The position numbers and the translations under genes are program-made. From NCBI GenBank assembly GCA_013265495.1, contig MU061579.1:5950963-6014962 (forward strand): a DNA stretch of 64,000 bases, given 5' to 3'. The notes beneath the pieces are model-generated. The model was not told where the DNA came from. It saw nothing but the letters and a program-made list of their open reading frames with translations, and did not search any database. This DNA comes from Vicugna vicugna (taxonomy: Eukaryota). Positions 25,841 to 37,365 of the stretch are shown here, in pieces. Position 1 is the first letter of the stretch, and each line of letters opens with the position of its first letter.

Positions 25841-26049
25841 AGTAAATTTGATCAAGAGAGAAAAGGACAGGGAGAGATACACGGGGTGAAGGAGAATCAG
25901 GTCACATCTAAAATGTATATTTTTGCCATATTTAAGGACTATATATTTTTTAAAAAATCAGCACATTGGTAAATAACAAATGGAGAGCAACCACAATAAA
26001 GAGAGAATCGAGAACCAACATGTAAAAGAAATGGTCAAACAACAAGAGT

Positions 26050-26270
26050 CAGTTCACCTGGAGGAGAGAAAAGTCTGATGTGGAAAATGACCACTGATAC
26101 CTGAATAGCTTCAGAGGTGGAACTAGTTCCGTCGGGAGAAAGACAGCGGGTGAAAGAATTAGGCTCAGCCCAAAGAGAACTTTTTAAGAGATCTACCCTA
26201 AAACGCAGTTAGCTACTTCACGCCTAGGAACTCCCTGTCACTGAGGGTTAAGCCTGAGAATGGGCAGCTG
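26050..26270 (+). mobile_element. Possible L3/CR1 remnant
   Basis: 'ttcacctggaggagagaaaag...ttaggctcagcccaaagagaacttt...aactccctgtcactgagg' resembles the L3 3' region. Confidence 0.4.
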
Positions 26271-26417
26271 ACTACTCAGAGAAGCTGCAGGAAGTCTTCC
26301 TGCATTAGAAAGGTTGGAAAGCTGGACTCCACACGATGACGTGCTAGTCATCCGACTCAGATTTGACTCTGAATCAAAATCTTCTGTGCTGTGAGGAGGA
26401 TGGAGAACAGGACATAC

Positions 26418-26840
26418 TGTCAGAAACTGTGGAAGAGCTGGGATTTACTGTTTCATGGATACTGGCAGAAAAAAAAAAATGAAACTCCTGAATCAGAGAA
26501 AAAAGACTTTACTACCCACGGCAAAGCAGTAGCCAGAGCTTCACGTTTGTCTGCCTCGGCTCCCCCGTGTCCCCACGTCCCATGGGGCAAGGCCGAGGAG
26601 CTGTGATGGAAGCTGGCATCACAGAGGAGGAGCCCTGGGCTCGGGGGAATCACCACTTTTACGGTAGGTGAAAACAAGCCTGCTCTTTCCCAGAGGGAGA
26701 AGCACTGCATCGCCCCCGGGGTGGCTCCTGTACACACAACCCTGAGCGATAGCCCAGGGAGCCACGGTTTTGCATTCTCAGAATACCCAGAGAGAATGTG
26801 CAGGGACACTCAGGCCCGTGGTAAATTGCCTGTCTCAACA
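26418..26840 (-). mobile_element. ERVL solo LTR (LTR40-like)
   Basis: The reverse strand begins 'tgttgagacaggcaatttaccacgggcctgagtgtccctgcacattctctctgggtattctgagaatgcaa'; TG...CA ends. Confidence 0.7.
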
Positions 26841-27255
26841 CGGCTGCAAAGCCATTGAAAATCTGGATTTCTTGGGCATGCCAGGGTCTCTGATTACCAA
26901 AGAAAGCAGATAAAGAAGAAGATATTTCAGGGACATAATTCCTATTTAAAATAATCCCTGAATAGTGAGATATAGATGAAATAAAAACAGTTTGCTTCTA
27001 AATCTATTGAATCCGGATGGAAGTTACATATGTCATCAACCTTCTTGTTTGTCTGCCAAAAGAACTAACCTATTTGGTAGAGGTTTATTTATAAGGTTTC
27101 TAATGGCAAGAAGCACCCATTTTTCAAGTTCAGAATTGCCCAAATCAGCTCTTTCCTATGCAGGAATTTTCATTAGATTGGGGGGCGGGGGGAGGAAAAA
27201 CAGACTCTGCTTTCAAGATAAAAATGTGAGGCCGAATCATATCCGTGGATAAATC

Positions 27256-27275
27256 AACAGTGCCACCTAGTGGAA
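27256..27275 (-). promoter_or_regulatory. CTCF binding motif
   Basis: Minus strand TTCCACTAGGTGGCACTG fits the CTCF core CCASYAGRKGGCRS; outside any repeat I recognise; GC box at ~27182. Confidence 0.65.
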
Positions 27276-28959
27276 GCATTTATTTACCTGACATAAAATT
27301 ATATTTTCAACTCTTATCCACTTTTCCCTTGCGTTTTTTCCAGCAAAGATGAGCTCTTTAAAAGGATAGTTGATCAATATACTTTAAAGAATTAAACCAT
27401 ACTTTTTAACTTCTTGTAAATTTACTTTAATTCATAAATCGTGTGTAGTGGACAATGGGATGGTTTCAAACATAGATCAATTTTAAGAGCTGCTGGTTAT
27501 AAGCATAAAATTAAGAAGTGCACAGTTTCTGAAAAATTTTGTGAAGGAAGCATAAGTTAGTAAGAATAGAATTTAGACTCAAAATTATTTAAGTAAAAAT
27601 TTAAAATCTAGATCTAGAAACTGAAACTGAAACCTTGAAACTGACAAATCATAGTGTCACTCTAAATTACTGTAATTATGAGTCACACATAAATTTTCAG
27701 GGTCTTTCTGACTTTTTTAAGTTACACCAATTGAAGTGCTTAAGAATAGAAGCTGCAAATAAGAAAAAGCATTGGAAAAATAACACTTGCACAAACTTTT
27801 ACAAACAGAAAGTTTTGTGCATAATTTCAACCTTTTCCAATTAAAAAAGAAAGAGAAATATGTTACATTCTAGTCAACAGGCATCTTGTGGAAAACTACT
27901 GCAGAGATCACAGGACTAAAGACCACTTTTAGAATCAGGTTTTTCAGTAGCTTCAAAATCTTGTTGGCATCTTGATCCAATTCCGTAAAAGAAATAGGAA
28001 GAGAGAGACAGAAGAATCAGAAAATTTTGAATGAATGTGAGACTCTTTCCAGTGATTCTGAAATTCCATTATTTTTCCTTCAAGTGAGGAAGTATAACAG
28101 GATGATTAGAATCATAAACTTGGAAGTCATATCTGTCAGATGGAATCATATGGAGTGATGTTTGTTTTTGTCATAAATCAAAAGAGGTCACATAGCCACA
28201 GTTTCACGTGACTCAACCCCATACATTAACATCCTAACCCCATGAGTACCTATATGACCTTCACGGGGCAGATTTCTTCCCCTTAGTAAGCCTCCATCTC
28301 CCCCTCTTTTCCATGAGGATAATAATACAGATCACAACCGATGGCAGTGAGAAGTCAATGGAGGAATTATCACATAGTGCTTGGCCACTACCCAACTGAC
28401 GGTGAGCATGCAAAGAATGACTTCCGTAATTATAAGCCATTTTACAAAATATGTTTCAGGTAATATGGGAGAGGAGAGCTTAAAGCTTCACTGTCAACTA
28501 TTAAAGTATCAGAATGACAAAACCACTCACTCTGCTTACCTCATTATCAGCCACTTTCTGTTTCTTAGAGTTACTTTCTAGCACTTCTTCATAGACACAC
28601 CTTCATCATTTAAATAACAGCCCTTTTAAAATGTATTTTTGCAGCTAATTAGATGAGACACAATCCATTTCTTTCCCAAGAGCCCCCAGAGGATGAGCTG
28701 CCATTTGGTAGCTGTTTCTGTTGATCTAAGTCTTCCTCAGCTCAGATCTGGAAAGGATTACAGGTGATGTGCCTTCAATATTTCCATAGCACGATGTGCT
28801 TTTCCCCTGTTGTCATACCTGTTTCTGTGCCCCAGCTAAAGTAACACGAATGTAATCATTATTGAGTCCTCGTGTGCTCACACACCTCCCTCTGCTATAA
28901 TTCATCAAGCTCACAGGATCTCTCTAAAGACAGCAGAGCTGTTCAGTGATGAAAGGTGC

Positions 28960-29175
28960 AGTTTCTAAAGCCAGAGTGCCTAGAGTGGGAACTCAGCTTG
29001 GACAAGTCTTTAGCTATGTGATCAAAGGCAAGTTGCTTCCCACCTCTGTTTTTTAATCTGTGAGACTGGAATAACAATAGTACTTGTCTGACGGGGTTGT
29101 GGTCGAGGGAACAAATGACATAATGCACCCGCTTGAACCAGAGTGAGAATACAAGGAATGTTAGCTATTCGTAAT
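28960..29175 (+). mobile_element. MIR SINE
   Basis: 'tagctatgtgatcaaaggcaagttgcttcccacctctg...atctgtgagactggaataacaatagtac'. Confidence 0.7.
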
Positions 29176-30300
29176 GAAGAGAGGCTGTTCTGAATTTCAG
29201 GCATTGAGACGTCCAGAAAGTAATTCAGAGCATTCTTTCATTCACTTAAAAACTAACGAATGTGCTCTATTAAACACGGGACTCTGCTGACACGAAAAGG
29301 TAAAAGTTGACAGGATTTCTCTCCTAGTGGAATTTGCTATGAGGTGGTGTCTTGTCAGCAGGACTGAAAATTAGGGTTGTCTCTGACCCTCACTTATGAG
29401 TTCCAGGAAGAAAGTGGTGCCAGGTTGTCCAGTGTGTAGATGAGAGAACTCTCCCGCCAAGACAGTGCCAGGACCAGCAGCTACCCCACTTCCAGTGTTC
29501 ACCCTGGGCCAGCCCATTCATGCTCCAATTTCAGTTTTTGAGAAGAATTCCCAAGGTCGGTGCATTTTTTTCAGTCAGGAACTTAAAGTTCAGAAAGATT
29601 GAATGACATGACCAAGATCTCCCAAGTCTCAGGTTTCACATTTGAACTCACGTCTGTCTAGCTCCCAAGAACAAGTGCCTGACATTTTCTTTGGCGTGGA
29701 AGGAATGCCGACAGCTTGGGGTTAAACATAAAGAAATCTTGTAGATGCTGGAATCTCATCATCACTGGAGTAGAGAGCCAAGACGCCCCCGACTGTCAAA
29801 GTGAGAAGAACAAAGTTACATTAGAAACAAAGAAGTCTACAGAACTGGTAAGCACCAGAAAAGCTCCCACGAAAACTAACAGGTCTTGTGAAGCCCAAGG
29901 GCCTGGGTGCAGGGAATTCGGTCAAGCTTGGTCGTCACTTCCCAGGTCCTACCTCCCTTCTCAAGGCTTTTGTGAACCTCCATGCCTTTTGTTTTGCCTC
30001 CAGTGCTCTCGCTGGTCTCCTACATAAGGTGCAGGTGGATGGGGTCCAAATACAGTTTGCAGGAGGGCTTGAAGGAACAGCGGGAGGCCACTTACTAAGA
30101 GCAGAGACTTTGCAGACATGCCAGGTCTGGAGCTCTGTTCTGCCACAGAATATCCTCAGGAGGTAACTCGGTTTGCTCACTTCTAAGAAAGATGCTATCA
30201 TACTTGCCTTACCGAACCCTGGGAAAATCAGGGGCGGTAGCATGTGTGAGATGGCCAGGCAAAAGGCTCATGTAGAACAGATGCTCCGTACATGTTAGCT

Positions 30301-30501
30301 CAGGGTATCTCAGGTTGTTCGCTATCAGGTCACCGGAATGGAATGAAATAGATCAGAGTACATGTACTTAATAAGGACAAATTTTGTTCATGAAACTGCT
30401 TTCGGATATACATACATATATATAGGCATGTGTGTTCTTGGATCACAGTACAAAATGCCTTTGTTACCATGAGTCACACTTTAAACTTTCGAGAGCCCCT
30501 G
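30301..30501. mobile_element. Charlie4z-like hAT fossil
   Basis: 'caggg...cccctg' termini; 'aaatagatcagagtacat...tgttcatgaaact...ggatcacagtacaaaatg...catgagtcac'. Confidence 0.6.
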
Positions 30502-33317
30502 CGTTAGCTGCCTTCTTAATGCATTTCTAGCTAATAGAACCCATGGTAGGAGATTGAATCTGAGCTTAGTCATTCTATTTGAGAATTTTACGGGATGGTT
30601 CTTATTGTTTTCCACTCTTGTTTCATATGTTACTTTTGTTTCTCCCAAAATACTTTGCAATTGCCTTTATTATATAGCATTTATCTCCCATAATTATCAT
30701 TATTTGTTTACATACCTATTGTCCCTCTAATTTTTTAAAGGCAAGGACAGCATCTTATGGTTTCTTTCGCCTCTTTCAAGGTTAACAAAGGGACCAATGA
30801 ATCTTTGTGTGTTACAAAGAAAAACATGAGTTGAAGGTCCATAGTGATGTTATACTGTTTAGATGATGTTAGTAGAGCTTTCAAATGTTCCTCCATATTT
30901 AAAAATTACAAAAAATTGGGAGGGAAAATTGAGCCTGGACTTAAGAAATACGGATTCCTGACATGACTTTGCCATTCTAAGAATACAACCTTGTGAAACT
31001 CATTTAACCTTTCTTGGCCTAAGTTGCCACCTCTTTAATGAGGCAGGTAGACTGCATGATTTTTTAAGTCTCTCTCAGATTTAATGTTTTTTTATTTTGT
31101 TGATGATCGCATATAGCAGAAGATAAGATTAAATATAAGTGACAGTAAGAAAGAGATTTAGGATTGAGACCCCCTGATTATATAGTCAATGCTTTAAGTC
31201 CCCCAAGATATATTATGGTATAATGTTGATTATAAATTTTGGGAAAGAACTAAAAGCATTTCCAACAGCTCTGCTTTGGTAAATCAGGGAGCAATTCCAA
31301 ATGCCAGTTTTAATAAACTAGAAAACCAGGGAGAAGAAATGAAAACTGAATCTTGCTTACTTTCTAGCTTTTGGTTGCATTCAATGGCTGTGGTGAATCC
31401 TCTGTGCAATTATAAGTGGTTTCAATTTATAGAGTAATGCACCAGAATCACTGTTTTAACAGTTTTTTTTCCAAGTTGGTAGGCTGCACATAAAGAAATC
31501 ATTTTTCAGAAAAATAAAGTAATATATTTTTATTTTCAGAATGTCCAGAAGATGGTAGGTGCTTAGTATGTGTTTGGTGAATCTAACTATCAGCTTATAG
31601 CCATTGGGCATTTTTTGTATGTTTTTCTGTTTTATCCTCAAACAACTCCATAGGCTATGAGGCACTGTGATTCCTACTGTAAAGATGAGGAATTGAGGTT
31701 CATAGACAAATAACTGGAGACTACTTCTACAGAATTGAAAATGTTATGACCTATATATGGGACAAATGAAAACATTCTGACGATGAATAAATGTCAGACA
31801 AATTGAGTATGAGCTCCAAAGTCAGAAATGAATTAGGTTTTAAGACAAATCCTAAGATTACAAACGTCTGTTGAAATTTTACAAATAGCTCAGTTCAGTG
31901 TTTTGTTTTTCTTGTTTTGTTTCAGATTCATTTGTTTACATAGGTACAGGGTCTCTGTAATAATAATGAGGAAAGTGTTATCTATCTTTTAAACATAGAG
32001 GATCCTTCTTAAGTGGTTAGCTTATAAATGAGATATAAAATAGCCATCAGGGATTAGGGAAAACCCCAGGTTTCATATATCTGCTGTCTAAGAGTGTGAA
32101 TAGCAACATTCACTTTTTTAGAACATTCATTAAAATTCTTATCCTTTCCAGTTTTCCTAAATAAAAGCTGCTTCAGAAAGAAAAATAATACCAGCTACTA
32201 TCGGTCTCATGAGTGATCCCACAGACCAAGCGTGCACCTGGCCTGTGTGTCTAGGGCCGAGGTACTTATGGGTTTGCTGCCAAGAGAAAGTAACTCTAAA
32301 GCCTGGCCGCAGGTGGTACTGTCATTTGGAAGACAACACATCTCATTTCATTCCAAAGTATTTCTGACACTGCCTTGGCCATTTGAAATGACATAATTGA
32401 AAAACATACTATTGACCACGATATCGAGGTTTTTTATTTTTTTAAGAGTGGATTGTCTTCATATTGCTGTGACCACCTCAATAAATAAAGAGTGACTTCA
32501 GCCCATCAATTGATGACTGACACCATCAATGGATTTTACATTTCATCTTCCAGTTTAGCACCTCCACAAACCATTACATTGCAGAACATCAATAGTATAT
32601 TGATTTCAAATTGAGATGTCGTATGAAATACTGGCCCTCACAACCTGATGAGGGTTGCAATTATTTCTATGCTATTTCACACCAAATGAGCAATTGACAG
32701 CAAGAATCCATGAAGAACTAATAGTCTACAAAATGTCTTGCTCTAAATCACAAGGTTAAAAGAAAAATCTATTTCAGACTTGAAATACTTTAATATAAAG
32801 TAAGTCTATTTGCTATGATCAATGTGGTCATGGAATTATTCATGTCAAAAGGAATATTTAGTCTTGATTTATAAATGTTTAGGGAAATGGGAATTATATC
32901 ATAAATTGGGAATCATTTCCCATGCTTTAAAAAAAATTACCCAGACTTTTGAATATTTAGATGCTGGGTCTGGCAATAATATAGGCTTTTCCTTTACCAA
33001 AATGAAAGGCATCTGGAAGGGAGGCAAAGGATTAATAGACCAGGGACCAGGCAGGATGGTCTTAGAAATAGAGGGGAAAATAGAGGAAATAGAAAGATAT
33101 ATGTCAATAGTATGAACTAGTTCAGTTCAATTTCACAGGCATACGGTGTATCAGCAACTGTGCTAGATACTGGAGATTCATAACCACAATAAAAGAGGCA
33201 AAACAGAAAAACTAGGACAGCAAAGGTGAACAGCACAATCAGCGATGTGTGGTGTCACTGCATCTTGGAGACAAGACACAGCAGAGTTGGCCAAGTTTGT
33301 ATTTTCTAAAATATAAT

Positions 33318-33790
33318 TGTTGGGGTTGAATTGTGTTCCCCACAAAATTCACATGTTCAAGTCCTGTACCCCGTTATCTCAGAATGAGACCTTATTTGGA
33401 GATAGGGTCATTGCACAGATGTCATTAGTTCAATTAGGATGAGGTCCTACTGGAGCAGGGTGGGCCACTAATCTTAGATGACTGGAGAACTTACAAGAAG
33501 GGCAAATTTGGACGTAAACAGATGTACAGGGAGAAAGCCGTGTGAGGATGAAGACAGAGATCAGGGGATTCAGCAGAAGCCAAGGGAAGCCCAGGAGCAT
33601 CAGCAAACAGCCGTGTGCCAGACAAGAGGCATGTGGCAGACTCCCCTCCACAGCCCTTGGGAGGAACCAACTCTGTGGACACCTTGATCTTGAACTTCTA
33701 GCCTCCAGAACTGCAAGAAAAGTAAATTTCTGGTTTTGGAAACATGCCACTTGTGGCATTTTGTTATAGCCACCCTAAGAAAATCATGCA
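33318..33790 (+). mobile_element. MLT1B-like MaLR LTR
   Basis: 'tgttggggttgaattgtgttcccc...ccttatttggagatagggtc...gatcttgaacttctagcctccagaactg...ttgttatagccaccctaaga'. Confidence 0.9.
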
Positions 33791-36789
33791 GTCGTCAAAA
33801 TATGTACTAAATTATTTTAAGTATTAGACGTATTTTCCATGAATCTTTATGTCAGGCTGCTTTTGCTAATTTCAGAGAATTCAAGTAGGAGGAAGGTGGG
33901 GGAACTGTGGTAAGGACAGACGGCAATACTAAGAAATGGAAACACAGAACAAAGTCCTATGTCAGTGATTCTGGTTCAAAGTCACTCAGGCTCATTTTTT
34001 AATCATTCACGCTGTTTCCACTTTCTCTTTTCGTGTGTCCTCCCTGCCCTTCCCAGCTGGGTCACACTTCTTACCTCAGTAGCACTTGAGTTTTCTGACA
34101 TAGGATCAACCTACAGAAGATAAAGCAAGTCTACACTATGTATACTTTTTTTCCGATTAAACAGTCCAAGATGAAAACTATGGCTTCATAAGAAACAGAA
34201 ATGAGAATTTGATGCAACATTTTGAAATGTGCCCAAGTTTTGTTAGTATCACCTCTGAACTTGTGGGCTTACCTCCCCCAAATTGCAAGAAGGTGCTCAG
34301 AGCCGATATAAATATCACTTAATATTCTCAGGCAGTGAACCTTTTAAAACAGATTAGCCTTGCAGAATAGAATAGACAGAAAGAAGAAAATTGCCTCAGA
34401 ATTGTAGGATTAAATGGAAAATGTCTTTTAGGAGCAATTTGCTCTATTTTCAGTTTGTAAGTTGCTAGATTTGCATTTTCTTCCGACAGTGCATGTGTAT
34501 GGCAGAATTTCCAACAAATAACAGAATTCAAGAAATCGGGTGACCACCATGATGATTGTTCAATAGGAAAATCATTCCTCCACTGTTACTCCGCTCTGAT
34601 CAGCTTCAACAAGGGACTAAGAAGCAGCACACATGCAGTTGCTTTTCCAGAGCGTTTCCCTGAATCATATTACAGCAGAGCTTGTGTTCCTGGTCCCACT
34701 TCTTTATGCTGCAGATGAGGAAATTCAAGGACAGATTTTTGGTGTTTTTAAATGCCTTCATCAAGGCCACCCAGATTGTTGCAACAAAGTAAGAGCATCA
34801 ATTCCATATTTCAAGTCCTGTTCCCGATGATCAGAGCAGCGTATGCTGTCAGTAACAGGTAAACCATCATCCTACCCTGTTCCCTCTAAAGTCATTGACA
34901 TAAGATGTTGAAGCCATTAAAAGCGAGGATGAATGCAGTAAGGCTTTTTCACATTGCATATTAAAAGGATACACTTTGCTTCCCAAGATCCGACATTATA
35001 TAGAAGATCGTATTTTCCGTGCAGAACGGCTACAGATCCACTCTTACCCAAGTTACCTGAACCCACCTGTGCCCTAAAATCTATCCTGCAATACCCAGTT
35101 CAAAAATATATAATCCAGCTGTCATAAATATTGCCAACTTTCCTTAGAGACAGATTTCAAGTTATCACAATCTTCCATTTCCTGTAAAGTCTCTTACATT
35201 TTTAATTACTCTGTGTCTTATTCTAAAGGCTCTTTGATAGTGTGAGATTGAGGAAGAAAAATATTAATATTAATAGTAAAATGTGATGCATCAATCTCAA
35301 TAAGGCTTGACAGTCTTGTGGTATTGAAATCTAGTGTCATTAACTGTTTCGGTCTTGTATATGTTTAATAATTCTTATTTCTGTCCAGTTTATTTTAAAC
35401 CACTAATAGTTTTATTTAAACTTGAACCATAGAGATGACTTGTTTTCATTTCACCCATATTTTGTCACAACTCAAAAAAAATGAGGATATTGTTGAAAGA
35501 GTTCTGTTTATCCTATTGTGCATATGGTAAGCATTAGAGAATCCATCTCGTTTCAGATGCATGTTTAATTCTAGCGTATTCTCTATCTAGACATGTTTCC
35601 AAAAAAAAGACATAAAGGATTGCCACACTGCAGAACTATTTACCGCAAACTACAGATCATGAGCACTATATTTTCTGGTACTGTGGTTTCAATTAACGTC
35701 TCATTAAGAAATTAATGAAGGCCGTTTTCCATGCATGGCAGAAAGAAAAATAGTCTATGATGTGCTCAGTAGGAATTAATGACAGTGCCGAAATCTAGCA
35801 AAGGAGGCAGGAAGGCATGAAGGAGTTAAGCTAAAAAAAGTTAGGAAAACAATTTTCAGGTTATCTAGAACTTGTGGAGAAATAGAGAATGTGCTATGGA
35901 TTGACTTGCCATATTTTTTTTTCCTTTTCAGTATGGATCATATTTATTTAGAAACCAAAAGGCTATATAAAACTTGCTATCATACTCTACATACATAATA
36001 AACCCAGTCTTTGAGAAAGAAAAGTCAAAAACAAGAGGAAATTTGAGTTAGATTGAATCAGCGTTTGAATTGAAACAGAGCTAAAGCTAGAGGTGGCATT
36101 AGAGACAGTCAGCATCGAGCTAATTAGAGTCCCAGGTCAGCTCCGTCCTGCTTCAGTTCTCTTGCAGATGCCGGAGACTGGGAAAAACCACAAGGCAGAA
36201 GCACCCAGTCTCAAGACAGTGTAGGTCAAATCAAAACTGTCTCTACCTCTCTCTTTTCAGGGTACTGCTGTTCACCATTCAGATTTTAAACAGCAGTCTG
36301 TTGATTTCTGACACCCATGTCTGCTGCTGACTGCTTGTCACTGTAGGAAAGGTGTGTCTCCTGATGACCCAGGCCTGGACACTGTGTGGACTTCCCTCCT
36401 GGTCTCTCTCTCTGTCTCTCTGAGCACGCTAGTCAGCTGTCTCAGTGTTAAGGCTTTTTGCATCATTTGATCAATGTTTTATCACTGCTGGGAAAAAGGT
36501 ACACAACTGGGTGAGAGGTGCTTTCAATATTCTCTGCTGGAAAAGGGATTCACCAATCAGATGCTGAAATATCCTTTCCATTGAGAATACCTCCTACGAG
36601 GCAACATTAACAATCCGGTTCCAGCTGCCTCCCCTTCTTGTGTTTACCTTTTTAAATTCCTTTGGGTTCGGGGGAGAAATTTATGTACCACAATAGAAAA
36701 CAATAAAAATAAAACCAAGTGTTAGATTGTGTTCCCAGCAGATCCAATATCCAGAGAAGGACTTAACACTTTTGTTGCTTCTCAGTCAG

Positions 36790-37195
36790 GAATGCATAAC
36801 CTGAATCTAATCATGAGGAAACATCAGACAAACCCAAACTGAGAATCATTCTATAAAATAACTGGCCTAGATTCCTCAAAAATGTCAGTGTCCTCTAAGG
36901 TACTGAAAAACTAAGGGACTTTTCCAGACTGAAGGAGAAAAAGGAGCCTCGGCAAGTAAATGCTTTATGTGATCCCACACCGCACCCTTTATGGGGAAAA
37001 AAAAATGCCATGAAGGACATTATTGGGACAAAAATTAGGGTATGATTCATAGAATAAAGTATCCATGTTAAATTATTTACATTTGATAACTTTATAGGTC
37101 ACATAATTTCTTATGTGAATATTCTTATTCCTAGGAAATACACATTAAAATGTTAAGAGACAAAAAGATCATTGTACATGCAAACTATTTTCAAA
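36790..37195 (+). mobile_element. L1ME/L1MC-type 3' end
   Basis: 'cataacctgaatctaatcatgaggaaacatcagacaaacccaaactgag'. Confidence 0.8.
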
Positions 37196-37227
37196 TGTGC
37201 CTCTTTTTTGTCACACATCTGAAATAC

Positions 37228-37365
37228 ATTGTTTTATTTTTAACTTTTTATTTAAAAAATTTCAAATTCCCCAAAAAGTTACAAGAATAATACAGAGGAC
37301 TTCTGTACCTCCTTTGCACGGATACATTCACTGTGAACATTTTGCCACATCTTTTGCCATCCTGC
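37228..37365 (-). mobile_element. Old L1 extreme 3' end (antisense)
   Basis: 'tttttatttaaaaaatttcaaattccccaaaaagttacaagaataatacagaggac'. Confidence 0.6.

Noticed and set aside
29935..30243. Minus-strand 102 aa ORF
   Set aside because: No recognisable homology; the splice signals fit the + strand better
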